Assembly (NCBI RefSeq): GCF_964204645.1
Contig: NC_134036.1
Span: 2,108,001 to 2,172,000, forward strand
Source: Tubulanus polymorphus
Taxonomy: Eukaryota > Animalia > Nemertea
Direction: 5' to 3'
DNA: 64,000 nucleotides
Position numbers and translations under genes: made by a program. Of this stretch, positions 1 to 12,625 are shown piece after piece. How positions within the stretch are numbered: position 1 is the stretch's first letter; each line of letters opens with the position of its first letter. The notes under the pieces are model-generated. The model was not told where the DNA came from, made no database searches, and saw nothing but the letters and a program-made list of their open reading frames with translations.

Positions 1-741
1 ATAAATTGTATGATTTATTCGGGACTCGAACCCGATCGGGAATGAGGAACACATTGAACCAGAATGCGAAACAATTACGATTAATACGAGCCGTTGTAAA
101 AAATCGATATTGTTTATGGTTTTTGATGATTCGAAATTCGAATGAATGATGATCAAAAGGGAAATGCGGGACTCGAACATAAATGGGTGATTCATCAAAA
201 TGTTGTTGACACAGTTCGTTCGCATTCAAAAATTCAAAAATACAACAATGGCGACCGCTGTTATAAAATGCACGACGCGCAGCACGCGTTATTGGCTTCA
301 TAATTGAATTGTCGAGTCGTCAATGTCAAACAAAAATCGACTGCTGCGAACTGCGATTCAAATATCAATATTTATTCAAACGACAACAGACGCGGCGGTG
401 GCGCCTAGCAGCAACGACAGCAACAACCGGAGAAATGGATTTTATGATGCGAAAATAAAGCGATGCGAATCGTATTTTAAATGGATTGTAATATCGGAAT
501 TGTCGGCGCAATTGTCGATAAATATTTGATTTCGAATCAGTAAATACAAAAGGATAAACCGATTAAACCGTTAACTCCGCTCGTGTTTGTACAGATGGCG
601 CTTTCGTCACCGGAAGTGGGGACACGCTCCTCAGGCTCTTGGGCAGTTTGGATCCAGATTCACAGAAAAGTCTTTTTAGTAATTAAATCTCCCATTTCTA
701 GAGCCTCTTCGGATTTGATCTTCGTTAAAAAAGATTTTAGG

Positions 742-1130
742 AAATTAAATATGGCCGCTATAGAGCCAAAATGATAAGATCATGGCGGCCCTTTACATTA
801 AAAAGAAATCATTAAATTAAATTTGGCCGCAATAGAGCAAAAATGACTAGATCGTGAGCCTTAAGCGATAGAACCTTAAATATCGAGTACTTTTAGAAAT
901 CAAATATGGCCGCAATAGAGCTATATTGATATTTGAGACATTATGTACGCATATTGAGAAGATAAACTCATCAAAATATTAAATATGGCCGCTATGTAGC
1001 TTAACTGACATTCATAACGACATCATTCACGCATTGTAATAAGATGAACATTTTGAGAAATCAAATATGGCCGCTGTATAGCTATAATTATATAACTATA
1101 AAGCTATTGATCGACAGTGGACCCCTATAA
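742..1130. repeat. Degenerate ~78-bp repeat with YY1-like AAATATGGCCGC core (5 units)
   Basis: AAAT(A/T)TGGCCGC at about 747, 819, 902, 981 and 1063. Confidence 0.8.
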
Positions 1131-1459
1131 ATTGAAGATGAATCTAATTTCTTTCCGGGGGCTGCAAACGTTAATGAAAATGTTTCCCGTCTCATGCGAT
1201 CTATGGCGACAACGTTAGGGTCAGAAACTGACCGTATATAACGTCATTTACGTTTCTGCGAACGTAACCAAGCGTTAACGTCGCGGAGAGTGAGGATACA
1301 GTGACGTTTATTGCCTATCAGTAACGCTCCGTCGGATAAAACGAATAGAAGGAAAAATTGGGTTTTTTTTCTATTTTTCGTTCTTTTCGTGTCGAAGCTT
1401 CCCGATTAAGACTTTCTGATCTATGTCTCAAGAGAAAAATAACTGACCAAGAAAAAAAG

Positions 1460-1816
1460 GCGTCGATATTTCTGATAAAGAAAAACTCATGATATCTGCA
1501 GGTTTCTTGGGTGGAAATCACTCGAGCTATCTGATATCTAATATTGTTAAACGCTAAAATTAACTTATAAAAAGGTTAAGTGGTCAGAACTTTAGACAAC
1601 ACGTTACGTGTTCAGAATTACACCTCAGATTTTCACGTGGCGTCGATTTTTCAGATAAAAAATCCTATGGTATCTGCACGCTTTTTGGGTGATATCACAT
1701 GAGTCATCTCATATATCTGATATTGTTTAATGATATATCGCCTTTAAACGATACATAATAGTGGTCCGAACACATTAAGCTACACATTTAAGTGTTCAGA
1801 ATTTCACCTCAAATTT
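1460..1816. repeat. Diverged ~180-bp tandem duplication
   Basis: GGCGTCGAT..GATAAA..TATCTGCA..GTGGTC..GTGTTCAGAATT.CACCTCA occurs twice. Confidence 0.8.
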
Positions 1817-4800
1817 GTGGTTTAACATCTATTGGTAAAACCTTTTTTTTCATGAAACAGAGCCCAATAAACCTCGCCTAATCTAAACCTGAACCCACGA
1901 CTAGATTTCAAAGCTAAAACGGATGAATATCGAAGACTCAATTATACTCCATAGCACGGAATAATGATTAATTGCCGCTGTAGCTAATGACAATCTTCCA
2001 TTTCTGGGAAAACAAATTCTGTCGATGCCTAATCTGACGTCACTTAAGAAGTCACGTGACGCGATTCTATCACCGATCGCTGCTTGACAACCGTTTAACA
2101 ATGATTAATACGGTTGTCAATGGATACGAAAGCGGAATTATCGCCGTCACGTGAATTGTTGTTGTTTCGCGAAATTATGAAAAATGACGTTACACAAAGT
2201 TTCATAGCGGATTGTGAAGATCGACGTTACATCGCGGCGGCAACTACGTCTATTTGTCACGGTAATTTACAAAAACCGACGCAACACGCACTAGCGCGAT
2301 CGTGCGATTGTTACAATAGTGGCGATCGTTACCGCGTAACTGGGGTTATTAATCTCGGAGTATCTGCTGATTAATGCCGGGATTAACTGACGGTCGGAAG
2401 AACGGCGTGAAAAATGGCGCCCTCACCGGAAGTTCGTTAGGTTAGGAGAGTAGGTCTGTCTAACAAGCGAGTTAACAATAGATTGTGGTTGCCCTACTTT
2501 AGAAGTGGAAAAGATATCCGTGGCTCAGTGGAAATGCTGACCGTGATTCAGGCAGAATTTCTATCCATGATCCATTCAAAATGATATCCTTGGTTCGGTC
2601 AAAATTCAGCCCATGATTCAGTGACAATTCTGCTAATGGCTCTGTTAAGATTCTGCCCATGGTCCAGAAAACTTTTCAGTACTTTACATTAGTAAAAACC
2701 TAGAAACCAGACAAAGCCATTTCGAGACTGGCTTTTAAGATCTCATTCCCAGATAGCAGCCTTTACCAGCACCCAGGCTTAGCCAGGTACAATAACGAAA
2801 TAATTCAAAATCAACCAGAACAAAAAAAAAATTCATTCCTAAAATATTCCAAGCACAAGGTCGAGTCCAAGGTCAAAGCGTCGATTTTCTGATCATCGAT
2901 AATAACCACGATATCCCGGAACCCCGTCGCCACACAACGCGGTACAACCGAAAGTTCAGCAAGTAGGCCACGCATGCGCATCGATCACTGTCCGATGGCG
3001 GATATGATACAGATCGATCATCGCGCGCGCGCGCGGTAAAATGTGTCGCCTGCCTCTCTACGAGCAGACGATGATTTATAACGTCCTATTCACAGTCGAA
3101 TCTATCTCCCGATATGTAAACAAAACCTTATCGTACTGATTAGGTAAACAAACATATTTGGTCCCTTACCCAAGTGGCTTTAACATAAATCAATTAGGAT
3201 GACCAATTTACTAATTCCCCGAGATTTCCATGTTATGATACGAAATTTCCTTTATGATTCTGCAGCATGTGAATGATAAAATTCCAATAATTCCAGGTTT
3301 TTTCAAATTCAAAGTTTGTCAAAGTTTTTTCCTCTAATTTTCTTTCTAGAATTTTGTTCTGATTTGCCGATTTTTGAAAGCTTTCTAAAGGTTTTTCGAG
3401 TAAAATTGGCGAAATTCCTTTTTTTACTTGACTTTTACTTTTTCTTATTCAGAGAATTTGCAATATACAGATTAAGAACAGCAGCAGTTAGTCTGGCTGT
3501 GTTATAAAAGGAAATAAATGTGGCCATTTTTAACCATTCCGGGACAAACTGAGCACAAAAATCATCTTTTCTGTAAGATATCAGAATAACACTGACGACT
3601 TATGACTGATGACCGATGACGAAGATTGATGAGACTTACAGGACACCTAATCTCAACCGTTGAAAAATATCGAGTACTTACGTAAAGTTTATTGGCCAAA
3701 TCAACCAACCAATCAACGAGGCGAACGCGGTGACATTTATAGTCACGTGACACGCGTCGACGTCGTTAAAACTGAAGTGTTGTCGTAACCGAGTAAAGTG
3801 TTAAGGGCGATGTGGAGCCCATTAGAGACGGCGCACTCGAGAGAACCCTGATGGGAATCAGTTTTACACCTATCGACACCCGGAGTGGTTCTTTACTGGG
3901 CGAAACTTCTTTTTTTTCGTGCGTTGAAAAGTCTCGCGTTACCGAGCGACGGCGCGTGCGCGCGATCTTCAACCGTTTCGATTATTGTATAGTCGTGTCG
4001 GATTATTACCGTCGGTTGCCTGGTAACCAGGTGCGTGAAATGGCGATAAAAATACCGTAAATGCGAGATATATACGGATATACAGGAGTAAAAATTATCC
4101 CAAAGCTCCGGCGTGACCTTCAGCTGCGGTGACAGTAAATTACGGCAAAGTGGCTCCAATATAGAAATGGTTTGCACCGACACCTTACCTGTAGAACGTT
4201 GGGCTTGTAACATACCGTATATGGGTAATGCAAAGTGCTTACATGAGCAAGCAAGAATTAGAATATTCTCGACAGAAACATAAGAAAATCTGGACAAAAA
4301 ACCCGACTGTCCACACATTGAGATAATGGGAAATTAGGGAATTAAGGAAAAGATTTTTTAAAATTGTTTAAAAACTTACCTACACGGATAAGACATCAGA
4401 AAGTACCGGAAAAGATAAAAACAGAATTGCATTTGTTAGAATTAAGTTAGAATAGAAACGATTACATTAAGAAAGGCAATCGAGCAAGGGGAGTGGGTGA
4501 GGGTAAGGGCGTTTATGGGGAAAGGTCGTAAAAGTTAAGGAACCAACATCTCCATTTGCCAGGTCAGTTTCCTGCAGCGCGATAAAAAACACAGTTAAAA
4601 CAGACGACCTCTAAAAGTTGGACAGCAGACGAATTAATGAAACGTTGTCATCACTTCATCAACGAAATGCGCGCGCGTTCAGTTCGTCTCAGTTCAAATC
4701 TCAGCGCTACCGGCACGAGGCTAGTTACAAACGGTCGTACCTGTTGAATCGTACGACGGTGCGTAACCACGGCAACCGCGTGCCGGAGCGTTCTCTGATT

Positions 4801-5425
4801 ATTATTGTGTCGAGGGTTGTTTTTTTGCGTTGTTGTCATTTTCTCTGGAAGCGACTTTGCGAAGATTCGAGTTTCATGTTTCGCAATTTGAACAGTCACG
4901 AAAGTTTGTCGTAGCGCAGACGATGCCACGCAGGGAGAGGTGGCAGACGACTGCTTACGGGGTTAATTTCACCCAGTCCTCACCAAAATAATTTACTCAC
5001 TAAAGAAATTGTTACTTTATGTTTTCAATGACGGAAGTACTTCAGAGTGAAACGTTGCGATCATTAGCTTTTTTCAAATGCCGTTGAACGAGCCCATTTC
5101 ATTTTAGTGCCACCAGATGGCGTCACCCGTTAATTTACCTTTTTCTTTTTTTTCAAATTAGATAAAACCTACACATTTTTTACCACACAATTGTTGATTT
5201 CAACAAAGCATTTGAACCCGGTTTGTAGGCAGGAAGGGTAACTTTACGAAAGAAATAACTGACTAACATATTACAGGAAACTTTTAAAATGTGGTTAAAA
5301 AACTCGTCGAAATCGTGCGTAAAAGTTTAATGGTAGCACTTCACAATATTGCGCAGCAGACCGAGGCTGTATTTCGCCTTACAGCCACCAGATGGCATCA
5401 CCGGCCGGTGTATCCTACTACTTAC

Positions 5426-6236
5426 TTCTAGCTTGGTGTTTAAGTTGGCTGACGATCTGTTTAAAACGTCGTCTTTTGAGCGGCAACGGAAATTCCAAGT
5501 TGAATTTATGGATATGTTCGCGGGCCACCATTTTCTTAACGATTTTGTACAGGGCCTCTAGCGCGAAAAAGCAGGCGGTATGTTTCTGATCCGGGTACTC
5601 CTCGTAAACGAACGCCAGACGATTCCAATCGAATTCCCGCAACGTCAGATATTCCATATGCGCGAACGTGTCGTAATTACCGACGATACGCGTCAGCAAC
5701 GGGAATTCCGTTTTATCGGCGAACGCGTGTACTAAAGCCCCGCTCGAGATTATGGGGATTCCCCAGAAAACGCTGAAACGTGCGACCGGCGCTACGGCGT
5801 AGTCACAACTCGGTCCAATAAACACGTGCGCCTCTTGTTGTATGTAGAAGTTAATAGCGTTCATCGGACCGTAGGTTTCCGAACAGCGCGAATCGGCGTA
5901 GTTTAACTGGAACGTATAGCCGTCCAGTAGTCCCGACGTCCGTTCCACAGTATCGACCGCTATTTCAATAGCGGGCGCTACTTTATACGTCGACCACATG
6001 TATTTAGTAGCGGTCGGTAGGTTGATACCGATTTTTATCACTTTATTCGGATCGTACGTGACGTCACTGTCACCGCCGCCTTTAAACGCGCCACCTAGCG
6101 GCGGTTTATTCACCGTGAACGACGACGTCTGATCGACACGTGACATGGCGACCGTTACTAGAATAACGGTAGAAACGAAATTCAAAATGGCGGAGTCGTT
6201 ATTCAGCAGTAATAGACGGCAACGAGCGTTAAACAT
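5426..6236 (-). CDS. First coding exon of an atrial natriuretic peptide receptor (NPR1/2/3)-like / receptor guanylyl cyclase: signal peptide plus N-terminal part of the ANF_receptor ligand-binding domain; partial gene, continues left of the window
   Basis: 272-aa ORF with an AAAA-ATG start and an N-terminal hydrophobic segment. Family motifs: VAPAIEIAV, YADSRCSETYGP, VFIGPSCDYAVAPVARFSVFWGIPIISSGA, EFPLLTRI, FDW, CFF. The ORF runs into a consensus donor AGAA|GTAAGT (GT at 5425-5424) after ...LKHQAR, giving an 811-nt phase-1 exon, the same point where vertebrate NPR exon 1 ends. Cyclase versus clearance-type receptor cannot be decided from this exon. Confidence 0.93.
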
Positions 6237-6273
6237 TTTTATCGAGGTTATTATGCGTCTGTCATGATTTTCT

Positions 6274-6579
6274 CAACCAGGCGTCGCTAGTCTCTTTTCA
6301 ATCTTTCTTCTCTCACAAGGTGTCGCTAGTCTCACGACGACCCTAATCTCCCGCAAGGTGTCGCCAGTATACCTACGACTTTCTCCCGAAAGATGTCGTT
6401 AGATTCAATCAATATATATGTTTTCTCTCGATGCAATCGATGATGTACCTCCAGATTCATCCACCAGGTGTCGCTTGAATCCCATCTATATATTCCTGAC
6501 TAGATGTCGCTGTATTCGTTACCTCTTTTTTTATCTTGAGCACTCTGATAATATTATTTCACTCACTAGAGGTCGCTGA
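6274..6579 (+). promoter_or_regulatory. Cluster of seven co-oriented CTCF-like motifs (~37-bp period) upstream of the NPR-like ATG
   Basis: CAACCAGGCGTCGCTAG 6274, TCACAAGGTGTCGCTAG 6313, CCGCAAGGTGTCGCCAG 6351, CCGAAAGATGTCGTTAG 6386, CCACCAGGTGTCGCTTG 6461, TGACTAGATGTCGCTGT 6497, TCACTAGAGGTCGCTGA 6563. They resemble the CTCF core CCACCAGRKGGCGCTA. Function is inferred. Confidence 0.55.
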
Positions 6580-9500
6580 TTGTCGTCCTAATGCACACAC
6601 TCACTCACGTGTACGTGCGCACGGGAAGTAGGTCCTCAATTAGTGCTTGTATTTATCCGCGTTAAAATAGTGACGCGGTTCGAGCACTTTGCGGTTTCCT
6701 GTCAATAATCAAGAGTTCACTTGTTGCCATGGAAAATATGAATCCTTTTAACAACTCGGAATATTCCGCCGTTCTTCGCGGGGGAGATAGCTCGGTGTAC
6801 GGGAGGAACCTAGATCGCGTTTTCTATTCTTTCCGTTAGCTCGTGTCGAACGTCGTAGATCGTATGTCGCACGACTATCACCCGTGAAATTGTTTATCGA
6901 ATGATTGAATATCGTAAGTCGTAAATCTTGGTGAATATCGTTTAATGATATGTCGTGAATCGTATGTTAAGAAATCGAATGTCTATTAAAAAATTCTGAT
7001 CATGAGTTGAGGTCACTTTTCGGTACATTATACAACATTCCAGCTAGTTTTAATCGTAGCTTAATTTGCATAACTCTGATCGAAGGCGCCACCTAACGGG
7101 GTTATTTGCGTCACTTTTCCCGACGTATTACGTCATTGTTTGATGAGATCTAATTTGAATCGCATTCAGCGGACGTAGATCCGTCGTACGTGTCGAGTGT
7201 TTGCGTACTACGTCATTTTCACAAGTCGCTACCAACATGGCCGCCTATTGAAGCGAGAAAAACTTTCATCTTAAAAAATTGTAGGAAAAAGCGAAAATGA
7301 TACATTTTTCGAGCAGGTGACTTTTAGAATGTGGTTTCCGTCCTTAGAGTAATGAAAAGCCGATAATTCTAACTAACTAAACGCGTTACGAATATGTGAC
7401 TTAAAAAAAAATTGCCAAGTCAAACTTTTTTTCTCACGTATAAATGAAAATGTGCCCAAAAATATAATGATTCAATTGACTCACCTATTGCACTCATCAA
7501 ACCTACAATCAAGCGAAGACCTTAACTTTTTATTTTCCGGAATTTTACTCATCAATTCAAAACTTATAACGCAAAAAGTAAAGGTAACGTTCTTTTGTGA
7601 AAAAATCACCGAAAATGTCAGTAATAAAGTTTCCTTTGATTCAGGAAACTTTTCGCAACCATTATTTGCCCCCTCGAGGCGCACAAACAAATTGACCTGA
7701 TCTACAAATTGATTTCATTAAAAAACACCCAAAATGACATTTCGCCCGGAAGCTGGAAGCAAACGAACGCTCTTACGAATAATCAAAAGGGAGAACGACC
7801 TTGATGCAAATCAGCGCCTCTAGCTTACATCACTTCGTAACCGTAAAGTTAATGAGGTATACAGAGGTGGAGAAAGCGTCAAGTTTTCATTGAAACACCT
7901 TCAATCCTCTGAGGCTCACAACGCCTGATATCCCGCATAAAGGCGAGTCCGGTGGACGGGAACTGGTTCCGTCTACCCTCGCCCACCTGACCGGCTGTTG
8001 GCTCTTAAAGGAGCCATACTCTGGGAACTAATCAAAGGCAGGTGAAGGCTAAGGTGATGTTACTTATACGTTTAACAAGTTCCCTAGAGTAGTCTGGGCT
8101 TCAAAGGTTAAATCCCAATGGGAGCCATCTAATTATATTCAACTAATTAATATAGATAACTCTCGCATTTCGTTCGAAAAAGGAATGACTTCTATGGCGA
8201 CCTCTATCGGTGACAACTATGACGTCAGTGTGCTTAGTAAAATCCCAGAACGATGTCATTTGGCACGATGATGCTCTTTGGGAAACGGGAAGGTTAGCCG
8301 TACCCTCACAAATAGGCTGAACATGCCTTATGGCATAGACGAAGTGAACCGTCTGCTCTATGCCTATAAGGACACTTGAAATACTGGTCACTTGTTTGAA
8401 CCCAGGCGAGATTGACCGCACTCTATGAGGAAATACTGGTCACTTGTTTGAGCTGATTACCGAACAAGCCGTTTGTTTATCAGATTTACTGCATTAACGT
8501 CGTAGCCAAGAGAAACGACGTCTTAACCATAACTAACAATGACAGACGAGTCATTAACGTAAGCGTAACGTAAAAACCTCTCGACGCGTTTATCAACGTC
8601 TCGATTACTACGTCATTAAGTTATATCGTTTCGCGATCTGATATTTTTACGTTAACGTCTGACCGTCAACGTCAGTTACGCAACGTTAACGTCTCGCACG
8701 CGTATAAATTTACGTTAACGCGATATTGAACGTCGTCCCCAGCGTAGGTCGGATTACGGTAACGGACGTCGTCAGGTGTTTTGGTTTTTTCGCAGCGCTG
8801 TCATCGGCGGCGAGTTTGTTTTCTAGTCTCGAGGGATGCGTGCGCATCACCGCCCGATATCGGAGATCCGATTGCGGATGTCGTCTGCCTAATCCGGGGG
8901 CAATACGTCACAGCTGTCGTCGATGGATTTCAGACAGAAACGGAAACTGGAAATGGAATGCTTCGAGGAAATAAAAAAAAATAATCGGGATAATGATCAA
9001 TTCCACAATATTTTCTATTTTGCTGGTGACGCGACGATTTTCGAATATTTTTGGCGAATGGGTGACATTCAAGGAATTGTAGCAATTTGCTGCAGTTTGT
9101 CCTATGAGAAAAATCAATTTAAAAACAGAACCTCCTTCATGAGTTACGGCCATTAATCCTACAAGTAATAGGGAATAATGAGCAATCAAAAAGTTTATTT
9201 TTTTGACAGTTCGCTTTGCTTAATTCACTGGAAAGGTCTCAATATACTGACGACTTCGGCTAGATGTAAAGTTATTGTAGCGACAATATCATAGACCCTA
9301 CAGCACCCTATAGTATGAGGTGTTTCAGGAGCTGTTATATTGCATTATAAGCCTCACTCGAACTGAAGGTGTATAATACTGCAGCGTGCACGTGACTCGG
9401 AATTGAAAACGCTAATAATAGCTACGAAAGATCGTGACTGGAATCCGGAACCACGTGACCGGAATCTGTCGGCTATGTCGTTATTATCGTTTATTAAAAT

Positions 9501-11224
9501 GGGAGATAAGTTCAACAAGTTCTAGTTTTTTTTTTTTGTAGGAAAGGTATTATTTCCGGGGATGATTAATATGTAACGCAAGGAACCTGCAGCCTTTCAG
9601 AATTCCATGATTTGTAGCGAGGAGTGTGGACGATCATTTTTAGAATATTTAAGTCGATGCAGGTGCATCTTTAAGGAGAATCGGAATTAGTTTTAATTTC
9701 GACGTTTAAACTATGAATATAAGATTAGAAATTGGATTGAGAATGAAGCATCAGATATCTTGGAAGATGAGGGGGTTCAGGGGGTTCATTACAAAGACGG
9801 ATCCGGGAAAACAAGAAGACCAGTTTGACCTTTTGACTTTCTAAGTCTTAAGAAAAAGGGCCACCTTAATGGGAAGGCTAGGGTTCGGACCCCATAGACC
9901 ACCCAACACTCATCCACCCCCTGCAATAAATATGCTGTAAAAGCCCGTTTGCAAATTATTAACCAGCAGACGGCTTGGCAAGTCTAACAACATTTCATTC
10001 GTCGGTTATAAATATAGTTTTGTTTCAGCCTCGTCTGCGCAGTGTAATGCTATATAACCTAAAAGTGTTGTTATCGATTTCAAATCGATCAATAAAAAAC
10101 AGTTGATACCATAAGCAGACGACATCGAGAACAAATCGTTTTTTAACGACCAGTTTACGTGCATATATATAGAGATATAGTAATATTTATATGTCAAAGT
10201 TTTCGCACGGCATAAAGGCAGCCAGTTACAGTAGGCAAGGTGGCTTAGATTAGAAGACCAACTTCGGCTTGCAAGTCTCCGGTTTAAAGGTTATGTTTAC
10301 GGTGTAACACTTGACTGTTATCAATTCTTGTATGGCTTCAATTGAGTTAAATTTACATTCAGTCAAATTTAACCTTTACCACAATACGAGTTTCTACAAT
10401 TACAAAGCATTTCATCTCTGACTCCTCCGCCAGTCCTTTGTGTCCCATCCCTTACAACATCTCCATCTCTCTCTCCTGGCTCTCCCTCTCTACTCTCCCC
10501 TCTCCTGGCTCTCCCTCTCTACTCTCTCAGCACCCCTCTCTACTAGTCCCTCGCTCCACACTCTCTCCTTACCACTCTTACGCACCGACATTCGCTCAGG
10601 CCGTTGTGTCTGGTGGAGAGGATCAGTGGAAGCAACATAAATTCACTCAAACACTGTGATGTTAAATTCAACAGAGCAGCAGCCATCCATTTTTTTATTG
10701 CCAACTCACTACTAACCTACATTGTTTATACCAGGGGGCAGCACTAGCTGGACCAGCAAAATTCTCTCCTTATCAGTGTCCCATTCCATCCCTTTCAACA
10801 TCTCTATCATTTCTGGTCCCTCTCCTGGTTCTCCCTCTCTTCTGGTCGTTTTCCCTCACCATTTCCTAGCCCCTCTCTCTCTCCACTCTCTCTCTCAGTC
10901 CCCCTCTCCCTCTCTCCACTCTTACGACCCACTCACGTTCGTTAATTCCGTTTTTAAGAACGCGCAAATATAGAACGCAAATATTTATACGAATCGGTAA
11001 TCGATAACTAGTTGGATAGAGAGCAATGTTGTTTATTCTGCGCTGTCGCCTCCACACACACACACCGGGTGTGTCACTCTCGTTTCGCAGTGGTACATTA
11101 TACCCTAAACCTCAAAAACACCGCTACTATATGGCCATGCTTGAAGAAATACTACCGATTCCAAAAATCATGGCCATTAATGCGGGTGGCCCTGTGTTTA
11201 ACCAGTTTTTATGAAGACCCTTAG

Positions 11225-11338
11225 GGCCCAATTTCACAAAAATGTTTAACACCTAACTAGATTTAATTATTTAATTTCTTCATTAATTCAGTTTATCTTA
11301 AATCGATTTAGACCTTTATCCTTTATGTGAAAGGACTG
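11225..11338. mobile_element. Harbinger-type MITE family B, degenerate inverted copy
   Basis: Left end GGCCCAATTTCACAAA. The core ATTTAATTTCTTCATTAATTCAGTTTATCTTAAATC is the reverse complement of the core of 61967-62073. Right TIR decayed. Confidence 0.72.
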
Positions 11339-12076
11339 TAACTATTACATGAAATCCCCCCCCAAAAAAAGACCGGAAATATTTCTTTGAACTAGTTATG
11401 GTCTGCATTCGACGACGTTTCGACAATATCTTTATAGTCATCTTCAGAAGAGCACTTCCGCGTAACATACGAAAAAATTATGAAAAATAATAACATATCA
11501 TAAATATGGCTGCTATAGTAGCCATCTTAGATTAGAAAATGAAAAAAAAACTAATCTTTAGTCATGTGTAAGAAAATGGCTAATGGCATTCGAGTCAATT
11601 CGTAATACTGCATTCTCACCTTTTTTCGTTTTAACGTAGCATTTTTTTGCTATTCCAAGAACAGTGATTACAGTCTATCACTTATATATATATAATCAAC
11701 ACGATGTGTGAGTTCCGTATCCGGTGAAAGCCATACGCGGATCGTGATGTTGAATTATTATCAGCGAGAGCGCAAGGTGTGAACTTTCATGAATAATTAA
11801 AAAGAAATTCGTGAGTCAGGCGAGCAATGCACGTTCACGACGCATTCTTAATATTGCTCGTTCCTGTTGTACAGAACTAATCAAATAATTTGACACGATA
11901 TATCTTGCAGAGTCGGAGGCTTTCTATATTCAAACTAACGAATGTCATTTTTTTGAAGAGCTGACACAAGTAGATACTCTAATTGTAGAAGTCATGTTCA
12001 CTCTTCGATGCAGTTCTGAGTTTCAATAAAAAAGTTAACAACCCATTGAAAATCAGCTTATACCAACTCAAGAGTT

Positions 12077-12625
12077 AACCGTGGAACTGGATTCTGAGTT
12101 CAGAGTTAGCTCTTACTCACAACTGACACGAAATATCTTGCAGAATTTTTCAATATTTATTAAAACCAACGAATGTCATTTTTCGAAAAAATGACAGTAG
12201 ATACTCTTGTAATAATAGTCATGTTCACTGGTATTCAACAGTTCACAACCCATTGTAAATATGCTTATACAAGCTCAAGAGTGACTGTGCAACTGTATCC
12301 AGATTTCAGAGTTAGCTCTTACTCACAACTGTGGAACTGAACCCTGAGTTCAGAGTTAGCTCTTACTCACAACTGTGGAACTGAACCCTGAGTTCAGAGT
12401 TAACTCTAACTCACAGCTGTAAAACCGGATCCCAAGTTCAGGGGCCGGTTGTATAGTCATGGCTTAGACTTAAGACCAGTCTAAGACCAACTTAGTTCTA
12501 TAGCCAATCTAACAACTTAAGACCGGTCTTAAGATTTATGACCACTTTTGGACTTAAGTCACGACTGTGCAACTGGCCCCAGAGTTTTAAGTCTAACTCA
12601 GTAGCATAGAATTGGATCCTGGTTC
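12077..12625. repeat. 44-bp minisatellite interrupted by MITE-A
   Basis: Unit AACTGTGGAACTGAACCCTGAGTTCAGAGTTAGCTCTTACTCAC. It overlaps a larger ~230-bp duplication (11890-12120 versus 12123-12330). Confidence 0.85.
12442..12579. mobile_element. PIF/Harbinger-type MITE family A, copy 1 (138 bp)
   Basis: About 25-bp imperfect TIRs GGGCCGGTTGTATAGTCATGGCTTA / TAAGTCACGACTGTGCAACTGGCCC, flanked by a CAG...CAG duplication. Near-identical copy at 44265-44400. Confidence 0.88.

Larger units (their letters stand above)
1..5425 (-). other. Intron following the first coding exon of the NPR-like gene (at least 5.4 kb)
   Basis: Begins with GTAAGT on the minus strand. I found no sequence resembling the expected next exon (I/V-x-x-x-C...YVFF-x-IDLF) in 1-5425. 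Confidence 0.75.

Noticed and set aside
5418-5425. ORF-track C-terminus '...SK*' of the receptor
   Set aside because: These bases are the intron donor GTAAGTAG; the protein is not a 272-aa secreted product unless intron retention is shown.
6698-7485. Possible 5' UTR intron of the receptor (AG|GTGAGT at 7484, TTATTGACAG at about 6698, minus strand)
   Set aside because: Splice-like signals of this quality occur by chance; unsupported without transcripts.
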